DNA of 56,086 nucleotides from Catajapyx aquilonaris (lineage: Eukaryota): NCBI GenBank assembly GCA_000934665.2, contig KZ538535.1, forward strand, positions 62,001-118,086, written 5' to 3'. Below, piece by piece: positions 1 to 11,572 of this stretch. The translations under genes and the position numbers were made by a program. Each line of letters starts with the position of its first letter. Position 1 is the first letter of the stretch. The notes beneath the pieces were generated by a model, which saw only the letters and a list, made by a program, of their open reading frames with translations, was not told the origin of the DNA and made no database searches.

Positions 1-3000
1 CTCGGGATAACCTACTTTGAGGGTACCAAGATCTAATTTCAACTTGGACAGAATTCACCATCGATTCCTCCTCAGTGCGTGTCAAATATATGCGTGGTCA
101 CTGAGCACCATCTGCCAGCACCAGTCGATACAAGTCATAGGAGTTTCAATGCAGAAATATCAGTCCAAAAAGTGGGGCTACTTGATGAGTGATTTTTGGG
201 TAATAACTGTTATGTATAAGAATGTATGGTCATACTCCCTGGAACTCCAGCTCAGCCCCTTGCCTCCCCGTATCCCTTTGGGCTAGTCAGGCGTTATATT
301 ACATGCTCGGCTGGCTGTGCGGCACCAGACTTAACCCCAGTCCACCATTAATGCTAATGTAATCCATCCCGTGAAGCCCTCCCTCCATGGCCCTCCCTCC
401 CTCCCTACCTTCCCAACCAACCTCCAGCCCACCCCCTGGACTCTCCCCACGTACAAACTTGACATTAATCATTAGTGAGTCCTCATTATGTATCCACTAC
501 GACTCGGTCGCATTTCGCAGGACAGACTGTCTGAATTGCCCTCGTGGGAACCTCGGATAATACCCCATTCTTGGTCATTCCGACGAATTGAGCGGCGGTG
601 ATAGCTTGGGCTAAGAGATAGGAGGGGCGTGATCTTTTCACCTGATCCTTGGAAATTTGGTTGTTATGACCCATAAGGCCCTGCACTTCGCCATTACTGT
701 AGTAGGTCTGGTGCACCGCAGTCATGACCGGGGCTTAGTACTGTAGTATACTGGGACGATTCAAAATCGACAATATATGTTCCAGTCGGGCGGTGGGAGG
801 TGAGGCTGGGAGATGGATCCCGTCACGTCGATTCGAATTGCCAACCAAAACTTTGCAAAGCCCAGGATTTAGGGGAAGAATTAGCACACATTGTGCCCTA
901 GTCTTCTTTCCAAACAATAAAAGGTGCTGCACAAACTAGTGCCAGGATATCACTATTCGTACTGGGGGGTCTGAAAATAGGGCTATGTCGATGCATTATG
1001 TACCGGTCCCTTCATGCAATGTTTATATTAGTTTACGTGCCAGACCTTACCGAAAAATCAATCTCACCTATGGTCACCTTATCTGAGCAGGCGTCGTTAC
1101 TTTTCTGCAACGCAACAGTTGGTATACCTATATGCGTCTTAACGACTCAGATAATACTGCGCTCTCTCTCTCTATCCACATAACTTTAAAACTTGATATC
1201 GTATTTTACATTAACACCTATAGCGATAAGCTTTGGAGGCAGTATTCGCCAAAATATCAACCAGAAACGTCCGGGGTTGATCTATAATTGGCGCAATAAA
1301 AGCAGCATTGACAACACGCCATAGTTTTATAACCCATGGTAATACCAAATGCTTTATGGCTGAGTATATATATTTTTTGTTCCTCTCCTCCTAAAATGAG
1401 GCACAGCACCAGGCAACAATAAAAAAGCACTCTTCCTTCATCATACCTTAGGGGCAAATAATTTCCTATTTGATTATGCAACTATCAATAATTTTGGGCC
1501 TTATCGCATTTATAATTGTCTGCATTCGTAAGATCACGCAGAAGTTGGTGGAGCAGAATGGAAAGTTGCCGCCTTGAAATTATTGGCGCGAGGTTTTACA
1601 GCCCCCCAAAATAAAATGCTTCCCGCCCCCGAAACGCCGATTCGGCCAGTCACCCTCAGCCTAGTTCCCAATGCCACAGGACAAAACGAATGCTTCTTCT
1701 GTACGCTCCCATAGGTCCTCCCCCCAACCCCTCCTTTTGCTCCCCCCAGCATGTTTCGCCTCCTTCCCCCACCCACAACTGCCTTCTGTGTGATATGTAG
1801 GCTGCAGACCAACTCGCCAAGTCTCCCAATTGCAACTTTATAAGATAACGGCCGCTTTCACGCCGATTCGCTTTCGAATCAAATAAATTCCCCCATTACG
1901 CTTTCTCTCTCTGCCAATGGGCCTAAGATAATGTTTTTCGTACCATGGGTTTTTTTTTTTACACCAGCTTCCACCAACTTTTCAGGGTGACATTGTGAGA
2001 CACCATGTGCGAAATCATCCTCTTGTTCATTGTTAGGTTAGGTTAGGTTAATGGAGCATATGCCTGGTACTGGCTAAGACACCAACCTGTAATGAGTCGA
2101 GAGTCACTGNCCCTCACGACCCTCAGCACCTCCCTTCGCGCCCCATTTACAATCTGCCAACTAAGCATTAGGGAAATCAATTGATGATCATTACAGGCCA
2201 CCCCCATCTACCCCCTCCATCCCATCCCCTCCGGCCCCTCCTTTTCCTCCGAGTTGGCATTCGAGGGCCATCATTATGACGAGATTTTCTCGGGCCGGGG
2301 GACAGCCGGCCAATCAGGTCGCTCAGGGAAAGGAGTTTGTTCCTGACAAGTGCGGTGACTGGGATTCTGCAACACTTCACTGATTGCGGCGCGCGCTTTT
2401 CATCACAATGTCTCCCTCACCCGCACCATCCCCCACACCCCCCCCNCCCCCCCCCCCCCTACCCGTCCTTCTGCCATATTTAGAGATAGCCTCTGGCTAT
2501 GCCCAACTCCGCCCATATGTAGGCCTAGACATCATTTTTTAGCCGCAGCTCATTGTCACCCTGCCATTATTATTCAACATCGTCACCCACCTCCTGTCCC
2601 CTCCACTAATGCCCGCAAATCTGAAGATTATGCGGGGGGGTTCAACCCCAATGTCAAGGATAGAAGGCAATTGCATATTAATGCAAAACCAGGGTCAAGG
2701 CAGTTGGCCCCCCCCCTCTTTTCTCCCACCCAACTCCAGTTTCGGACCCATTTACAAGAGCAACCGGCGTCTTTGCGCTAATAAGAACCGTTTCTTGAAA
2801 TGGGCCCTAATGACTCCCTGAGCTTAATAATTCAGTAGCCGCGATTTGGTGGAAAAGCCCTTTGAAACGGTCGTTAGAGTAATCTTTCAGGAGGCAAAAG
2901 CTGGTGGGGAGCATTCGAGTCCCTCCTCATGCTGCTCCTTTAGCCATTAAACGCACGCGCCGCTGTGCTCTTGGCATGTCCCTCTAATAATTACGTTATA

Positions 3001-3731
3001 TACAGCCTGTAGCCAGCCTGGTGTGGCCTGTATTCAACAACGGCCATGTAGCCATGAGTTACGCAGCATTGCCAATGGCGCTTGGCAATCCATAACGCCT
3101 CCCCCTATATGCCACTTCTATGGGATGTAGGGTCCACGTCAGCCCACACTCGATATCCCGATAGTTCGCTTTTTTTTAAAAAACAAAAATGCTAAGTTGA
3201 ATTTTACAAGTGATAGATAGAGTGACCAGAAGGGAACTGACCAAAATAATGGCACGAAAACAGGGTGACGCCACCTCAGAGTACATCTGTCGGCCATCAG
3301 GGTGTGGCACATGGACCCACGGTCTGCTCGAGGACCACATTAATAATAGAACTAGCCTTTTCTATGCTAAGAGTTGCCTGCGGGAGTCGGCTCATAGATG
3401 ATGGCAGTGCTTGCAACGAGAGTGTTGGGTGTTGACAAAGAGCATGATGTGCTGTAGGCTACACCAGAACTGAATGAATAAGTATACGGGTATACTGTCA
3501 ATTGGGGTGAGATTGTGCCAGCGGATTTTTGGAAAACAGTGGCATCGGGCGTAAACTAGCGAATTTGGGCATGTTTTCCTACATTGAAGGATGATCAAGG
3601 TTGGCAATGATGAGTAAAATTCGCAGTAGGGCGCACTGTTGTCCAAAAAATGCTCTGGCACAATCTCACACCAATTGACGATATTGTATACTAGTGAGGT
3701 CATATTTCTGAGATTACATGACATACAAGTA

Positions 3732-4066
3732 CAGTGGAGCATCGATTATCCGAACAGAGTCTGCCCATGGGGTGTTCGGATAACTGCTTGTTCGGATAAC
3801 CGATCACTTACTGGAAAAATTGTACCGGTGTCATAGGAGCAATATGAAACTAAGAAACGGTGATATTAACCACAAAACTGTATATTTTCTCTCACAGGCA
3901 CGTCTTAAAAATACTGTACATATACCTTACTCTCCTTACATGAAGTAGTCCTACAGTTTAGGGAGGAAAAGGCCACATAGCGCGTTTTTTTTTTTTTGTC
4001 CACCCGAAAACGTTTGGTTAACCGATGGTTCGGTTGATCGGTGTTCGGATAATCGATGCTCCACTG
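3732..4066. mobile_element. Tc1/mariner (pogo/Tigger-type) MITE
   Basis: Perfect 25-bp TIR CAGTGGAGCATCGATTATCCGAACA, flanked by TA on both sides; internal GTTCGGATAA repeats. Confidence 0.88.
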
Positions 4067-4077
4067 TAGTAGCATAC

Positions 4078-4260
4078 CACCGAAGCAGGTTGGCATAGTG
4101 GATAAGGCGTCCGACTGCTAATCGGGAGGTCCTGGGTTCGAATCCCGGGGCCGGCAACCTTGACCGTGGTTTTCTGTGGTTTTCCACGGTCTTTCTAGGA
4201 TAATTCCGGGGTCGCTTCCGTATAATAGGCCACAGCCGCTTCCTTCCTTCCCTATCCTTG
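4078..4260 (+). mobile_element. tRNA-derived SINE, family A, 3'-truncated copy
   Basis: A box TGGCATAGTGG, anticodon-like arm CCGACTGCTAATCGG, B box GGTTCGAATCCC; highly similar to the inverted copy at 31352-31612. Confidence 0.8.
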
Positions 4261-4391
4261 GAGGTTGAATGGCAAATGCTGGGCCAACCTCCTTAAATAT
4301 CAATTAAAATGTAGTAGCATACCTTACACCAGTCCTTCCTCACCACCCACCTTCCCCCTCCTGCTAATTAGTCCCTTCCTGTACAGCTCAC

Positions 4392-5224
4392 CAGGGCCAC
4401 CTAGAGACAAGGCCGGGGCGCGGGAACGGGTGGATCGCTGTGACGTCACGCTAGGGGGCTAGCTTTTCCATAAGCGGGCTATGGCGGGAGCACGTTTTTG
4501 TACACATTTCAGCGAATTTCGTCATACCAATGCATCGGAGGCCCATGACACCCTCTAATTGATGTCAGGGAAAGAATGTGGGGATTCCAACGGCACCAAA
4601 TTCGATTTAGTATGTGTGCAATGTGTCTGCATATTCGGCGATATATAAGACGAAGGATGTCAGGCATGAGGAAGAAGTGCAGGAATAATTAATAACGATG
4701 GGGTTTTAAATTATAAAGTATTAATTTTATTATTTTTTCATATTTCCTATTTTGCGGAAAGAGTCCAAGCGTAACATGCAAGTTATACTCATAAGCATTG
4801 AACCAAAATTAGCACATTACACAACATAATACCATTTAGCTCGTGATAATTACATACAGTACATACCCAACACTTGTATACCAATAATTGTACAACAATT
4901 TTGTATACCAGTGTTATCTAAATCAGAGTGGATAATTTCGAGGGAATAAGTGATTGACATCTGGACGAAGGACAGCTGGGTTCTCCCCCACCATTTACTA
5001 CTGTCTAACAAAAACATGTGCGATTTTTTCACATCGTTGCAATCACCAAATCATTCTCCAGATATCAATTAGTGGGTGTTATGATCCTCCCATGCATTGG
5101 CATGAAAATAATGGAGAAAACGTGTACAAAAATGTGCTCCCGCCATAGTCCGCTTACGGAGGAGCTCGCCCCCTATCGTGACGTCATGATTCCGGCGCCC
5201 TGGCCTTGTCTCTAGGTGGCCCTG
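4392..5224. mobile_element. Non-autonomous TIR DNA transposon, P-element-like (7-bp TSD)
   Basis: Imperfect ~120-bp TIRs starting CAGGGCCACCTAGAGACAAGGCC; direct repeat AGCTCAC at 4385-4391 and 5225-5231. Superfamily inferred from CA..TG ends and TSD length. Confidence 0.75.
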
Positions 5225-5254
5225 AGCTCACCCTCTCCTCTCCGCCATAGACTG

Positions 5255-5436
5255 AAGGCCGGTATCCACGTACGAGATTCTCGCATACGAGGAGCCGCGA
5301 GGAGCCAACTGCGCATGCCCAGATACGAGAAAGTTGAAAATTTTCAACTTTTTCCCCTTTCCTCGTATCTGGCCATGCGCAGTTGGCTCCTCTCGGCTCC
5401 TCGTATGCGAGAATCTCGTACGTGGATACCGGCCTT
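5255..5436. mobile_element. Palindromic MITE, PIF/Harbinger-like
   Basis: ~75-bp near-perfect inverted arms (AGGCCGGTATCCACGTACGAGATTCTCGCATACGAGGAGCC...) around a short spacer; TGA/TTA flanks. Confidence 0.75.
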
Positions 5437-7082
5437 TATCGGGTCATGACCCCGCGTCCTTCTTGCAACCCTTTTCCAATCCTCCCCCTAGCCACCTACC
5501 CTTGACCCCCAGAGTGAGGGACTCCATAGGAGTTGGACTGGTGGGCTCGGCTCGGCCCTCTTTCTCTCTATCCTTTGCCCTGATCAGGTCCTTCCTTCCT
5601 TTCTTCCTTCCTACTCCTTCTCACTGTATTTATGTAATATACTAGTTATTAGCCCACCCTTGTACGTTATTCCCACATATCCCCAACGTACCGTTACAAC
5701 CTGTGGCTATGATAATTTTGCATTTCAAATCTTAGCTAATTATTGCACGTGACAGCACTCCTAAAGTAAGTTTCAAACAATAATTGCACGTTAAAGTTAA
5801 AGATATGCTACGGGTATTTCCACAACCCCATCCAACACCGTTCTGTCGGGAGCAATTCATCCCCGAAAACGGTAGAACAAATCCCCCAAACTGACATAAT
5901 ATCTATTAATCTGGAAACATTATTGGCGAAGAAACCTTCCCAAGTTCCCACAATCAAGGCTCTTCCCCTTCCATCTAACTGCCACCACCCACCTCCCACT
6001 TCTCCAGGGCCAAGTTAGAAAGGGACTGTAACGAGCTTAAATGGCGACGGTTGTGTTAATCAGTGCGCCAGTGGGGTTAGCTGCCCTAGGTGTAACAAGT
6101 CGACGGTGGCGCCGCTCTGCTGGGGGCGTGGGGCTATATATGGGGGAGAGAGTTCCAACTAAGCCATTTCTGGTATAAATGCCAGAAATTGGCTCTCCAC
6201 TTTTCCTCCCACTGTTTCCCCTCGTGTCTGCGGGACTTTTGTCTGCCTGTTCTTTTGATGTGGACCAGCGGGAACTCATTTCAAGGCGGAAGATCAGCCA
6301 CCATACAGAGGATTACTGTAATTCTGCGAAAACGCACTGGGAAGTCTTTAACTTTGGTACTGCAACTTTTAGCTAGTTTCCCTTTTTTGTAGTTTTTTGA
6401 CGACTTCCGTCCCACTGAGATAATCCAGTATAGGGTTTTTTTTTCTGAAAGGCTTGGCGAAGGATTACTATGCTGTTCTCCATATGTACGCAATTCTATA
6501 TTTTCGTAGGTTTTAGATTAATAAGAAAAAATATATACATATGAAAGGCGTGGTGCGCATTCCGTTCCATGCTTGTAGTGCATACAAAATAGTTGTTTTC
6601 TTAAACACTCTAAATCTTTACTTACATCATAATACATGTGGTTGATAACTTGTGGAACGCATGCATTGAAGATCTTTTCAAAACACAACAGAAAATATTA
6701 TATTGTACCAGTGTATTCCAAGTAGCCGGGTCCTTTATCGCAAATTTCGCCCGAGGTTGTTATTCATGTGCAGATTTTTTTGCGTCCCGATCGAAGTTCT
6801 CAATAATATACGTCGTAGCAGCTGCTACATTCGACCTCACCTGGGAACTATAATATGATATGTTTGGTCAGACGAAAACTGCCGCCGATGAGAAGGGTCA
6901 ACCAACTATACAAGTAGTACTCGCCTTCTCCCTTACCTTTCATACAATCTTTGTTAGACGGATAATTTTAAAAAAATATATTATCAAACCAAAAATTATG
7001 AGCTGACTAGCTCATGAACATTATTATCCTATGTACAGTATATAGGGAGATCCATATTACTTGTCCAATTGCTATGGCTGTT

Positions 7083-7882
7083 GGTTCTAGGATTTCCTCC
7101 CCGCGCCGACACATTATACGTCCCCGACAAATTATGTCCCTGGAAAAAACGTCCCCATCGGGGATGTGCAAAGGAAAAGAGATGACAATCATGTCATCTA
7201 TAGTGTAACGTGATGTAAAATTAATATCCATATTAAAGTATAACCTCATTCCAGTAGGCCGAGTAGGGGGATCGTGAAAATGAGTTCATTCAAAGCTCAG
7301 ACGAATGCCAACGGAAAGACTTTCATATCAGGGGACCGAATGTGGCAGGGGCAGGGGCACGCTGTACTGTATCAACCTACCCCATGACCTAACTTTCCTT
7401 CCCGGCGGATGCAAGCCTGTTCTTCAGCGGATGCACAGGCTATCCTTCAGCAGATACTACTACTCTGCAAACCAAAAAAGAGGTCATATAGTGTCATTTG
7501 GGGCAGGTCACTCTAGTTGCGTCTTTCATCCATTGGTGTGGCCTATCTACCCACAAAATTTGAAGACAATCGGTTGGAATCTCAGGAGTAAGTTGACCTA
7601 TGGCATACCCATACTAGCCTAGGATAGGTAAAAGTGTGGGGTCTCCCGAAGTGAAAGCGCAAGCCTAGCCATGCCAACCTTACATGTACGATTTATGGGG
7701 CATCGGATAACATTGCTCTTGATTAATTATCTTGTATCACTAGACTATATTTTAGAGATATTTTCCCTGGGGACATCCCCGATGGGGACGTTTTTTCCGG
7801 GGATGTAATTTGTTGAGGGGGTAATGTGTCGGGGGACGAAATTTCCGGGGACGTTTTGTCGGGGACGAAATTTCCTGTCACC
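7083..7882. mobile_element. Mutator-like (MULE) non-autonomous element with repetitive TIRs
   Basis: GG..CC ends; inverted subterminal arrays (GGAAAAAACGTCCCCATCGGGGATGT / ACATCCCCGATGGGGACGTTTTTTCC); near-identical 9-bp flanks ATGGCTGTT / ATTGCTGTT. Confidence 0.7.
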
Positions 7883-9359
7883 ATTGCTGTTTGTTGGCAG
7901 TTTTTAGCAGTTGCTTTTGCGTAGTTATTTAAATGGTTACAGAAATAATTCGTTGCTAATACAGTATTAGGTTGCGTGTACGCATCCTTTTTACAGCCGA
8001 CAAGGGGGTCTAGCTACAATGAGGCTGCAGGTGTGACAATTGTGACGAAAACATAGAGTAGGCCTATATTCTGAAACAGATGTACCTCTCTAGCACCCAT
8101 TGACATTCATCGCAGACATGTGCAGGCAGTGTGTTGCGACGCCCGATACGGTGCAAACAGGATTTGAGGGCGGAGCTTGGGAGAACCGTTTTCAGAACGA
8201 CAAAAGAATTCTTTCCTCTTGGCAATGCGACAAGAGTCAGGATGCAGCCATATCAGTACATGCGATTTCTCTCACATTATTCTCTGCCTGCACTTTATTG
8301 GAAACGGCTCGCACACCACATAAAGGCCCTTTCACACTAGTAAATTTTGTTGAACCAAACTGTAGCCATCTTGAATGGATGATGTCACATGCCTAGGATA
8401 GGACAGACACTATCAGCCTACACCAGCAATCGAGTGCAATGAAATGGCAGCCATCCAAGATGATGCCGTACCACTTGCTGCCATAAAATTCCCAAATGTG
8501 GAAGAGCCTTACATCCAAGCCAAGCAATGTCCTGCACCGAATGCATCTGTCTCAAAACGTCAATACAAGCCTTGGAGAGTCGTATAGTATAGGTGCTAGT
8601 CACACTGCAGCATCTACTTGCCTGAATTCAAATTTTCAAACCATACGTCAAATTACGCACTGTTGACAAAAAGTAACAACTTTCATCGAATTTGTGCTGG
8701 TTATTCAGAATTATGCAACCCGTTATGATCATCATGCTGAGGAAGTGAGGGGAGTCCTGGGCATGATTTTCCGTCAGTTTCGAAATGTCGTTGACTGATT
8801 ACGAATATTGACATTTGGAGTTCTCATATTTGATGCGACAAGATAATCTTGTTACATTTCCCCCTTTTTCTTCACCCTGTGCAGACTATTTTCATATTCT
8901 CAGGCATGTGAAACAGCATCCTACCATAAAATTCTCTTTGTTACATTACCCCCCTTCTCTCTCTCCCTCTTCGTCTCTCTCTGTCTCTTTCCCTTCTACC
9001 TCAACATGCTACGCCTGACTCCCGCCCACCGGTTCTTTCTGCCAGACTGAGATTCGTTTCAGGTACTGTAGTCTAACGCTTCTATATTCTGCTGTGATCT
9101 GATTTCTCAGAGTACATGAGTGTCCCGAATGCTTCCATTGATCAGGTTATCGGGTAAGTTGAAGGTGAACACGGGTAGAAAGAAATTGGAAATCTATAAG
9201 ATATAAGGTATTTGGCGGTGAAGGAAAGGATGTTGATCTTTTGAAGTTTATGTGTAACTTGATGAAGAAATATGATGCTACCATCACGTCTTTTTATCAT
9301 ATCTGCAAAGACTACGTTTCGATGTTCGAAGTAGGAAACAGGTGTTTTATTTATTTATT

Positions 9360-9360
<1 letters not shown>

Positions 9361-9428
<68 letters not shown>
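9361..9428. repeat. (ACT)n microsatellite
   Basis: Perfect trinucleotide run. Confidence 0.95.
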
Positions 9429-10363
9429 CTGAAATACTGCAAGACGTAAATATATCAAGCGGGTATTATTGGTGGGTTTTAAATATTAATTTTATTTTCT
9501 ATCACATAGACATCCGCTTGCCTTAGTTTTAGCCAGAATATTAGCCTACACTGTTTTATCATCCCCCATTATGTAGTGTGACTCAATAAAATTACCATAC
9601 TTTGCTCCTTACTTTTTATCTGCGAGGAATCTTTTTAAAAACTTTTATAGAGAGTGGTGTTCCGGAATGACTAAAGGCGGTAATAAAATTCTCGTTAAAA
9701 CTTGTTGATAAATGACACCAATGGCCGCAGGCATACGCGTTCATATAGCTTATGTGGTACTCAAAAAATACCTCCTTTTAAAATAATATGTCACGTGTAG
9801 TATGGAAAAATGAAGCATTTGCTGCAATGTTCATTTCAAGTCATGGCCTGAAACCATGCTTCATTCAACTAAATCATATTAGTAATGAATATAAGAACCT
9901 TTAAAAGGAGTTGTAATAAGTAACTGTGAAAATTAACAATTCATTTGAAACTGTACAATAATAACTTACACGTTTAATTAATACTGAATTAATGTAGTCA
10001 TGTTTATTATAATTTGTACAGTAAGGCGAGTAAATCATGAAATATTTCTTGCAAAGGAATTAAACAAACTCAAATTGCTTAGGTAAGCGAGATCCACTCG
10101 CTATTTTTTTGTGTGTGATCCGATCGACGCCACAAGACTATACACACAGTACTGTAGGAGCGCCTCCCAAGTCGATAACAGACGGTATCCTTATAATACC
10201 TGCCTTTCATTCCCAATCCCCTTTCATTATCCGTAAGCCATGCTGGTTCCCAGAAAATACTGCTTCTAATCCCAAATGCTTCCGAAACATCTCCGGGGCA
10301 TCATTTCTTCTGAGCGGTAGAGAAAAAAAAACACAGGAAAAAAAGCTTTCGTCCGCACTTTGC

Positions 10364-10426
10364 TCTTCTTCTTCTTCTTCTTCTTCTTCTTCTTCTTCTT
10401 CTTCTTCTTCGTCTTCGTCTTCTTCT
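10364..10426. repeat. (TCT)n microsatellite
   Basis: Near-perfect trinucleotide run. Confidence 0.93.
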
Positions 10427-11256
10427 GCTTCTGCTCCTGCTCTCGTTCTCGATCCCCCCCCCCCTCCCCAATCCCACCCAGAACTTCTATCTTACCATCT
10501 CCTTTTCAAATCCCGCATCCATCACTCTGCATATAAAAGACACCCTGCTTTAGCTCTTAAATAATCAATTTTTCATTGCCCCCCAGAAATACGGCTAACA
10601 AATTCTAGATCCTTTTTGGAGCCGCATCCCCAACCGTACATTGCTTTAAATGAGACATCTGTTTCCCCTCACCCAACCGAGGCCCTTGATTCCTATCCTG
10701 TTCGGACACTATCAAGGTGCAACACATCAGCTTCTAATGGCACTTAGGGTGTGTCCACAAAGACGTGCTACAGTCCCAACCGTATTAAGAGGCCCACGAA
10801 ATGGAAGGGAAGAGTTCATTATAGTGACACCTAGAACGTAACGGCTAGGGCTGTTGATGGCTTGAATGTGGTACCTTTTTGCTCAGGAAATGACTCTGCA
10901 TGTTACCCTCACCCGGTGGAATTCAGAAGTAATGGCACGTTTTCCAGTCCTTATAATACACCGTGTGGTTCGCGATAAACTCTACAGGCAGTATGATATG
11001 ACGGTTACTTTTAATCACCGATTAGGCTACACCTTTATACCAGGAGGGGGTCTTTTCAACCACCTGCTGGATATAAATTCACGGCTGTGATACTATCATT
11101 CCCTCCGGATAAGATTCACTATTTCGAGAATGTAACTAGCAAAATTCGCGTAGTAAGTACAGTAACCTCTAAGGTGAAATGGAGCAGTTCCATACAATTT
11201 TTTTGATGAAATTTTGATGGTCGCTTCCGGAAACACAATACGTGTCAACATGTATA

Positions 11257-11572
11257 CAGGGTGTTTCAACTTTTTCGTCCGAACAGTTATCGGAAAATTG
11301 CAAATAGCTGCTACTTTGTAAGCAGTGACTTGCAAACGGTGATTTTTCGGAGGAACGGGGAATATTCCTGCGAATCGTAGATTGAAGTGGCGTACGTGCT
11401 GCCCGCTGAAAATTGAGGGTCAAGCCTGGAAAAAGAGGGCCATGAAATGTGTGACCCTCTTTTTCCCCATTCCCCATTCTGACAAATCACCGGTTGAAAG
11501 TCACTGCTTACAAAGTAGCAGCTACGTGCAATTTTCCGATAACTGTTCGGACAAAAAAGTTGAAACACCCTG
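11257..11572. mobile_element. Tc1/mariner-type MITE with long TIRs
   Basis: ~90-bp TIRs beginning CAGGGTGTTTCAACTTTTT, flanked by TA on both sides. Confidence 0.88.

Noticed and set aside
1..960. Possible LINE RT remnants (also at about 8400-8770, 12620-12800, 13300-13750 and 36790-36970)
   Set aside because: Only faint motif resemblance; too degraded to assign a family or boundaries without a search.
2034..2051. (TTAGG)3 insect telomere-like repeat
   Set aside because: Too short to indicate an interstitial telomere; such runs are common in insect repeats.
4078..4155. tRNA-Ser(GCT)-like cloverleaf
   Set aside because: It lacks the long variable arm and a proper acceptor stem, and continues into a repeat body shared with 31352-31612. 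It is a SINE head, not a tRNA gene.
10109..10564. 151-aa ORF with poly-Ser
   Set aside because: The frame is open largely because of a (TCT)n microsatellite; no domain or splice support.
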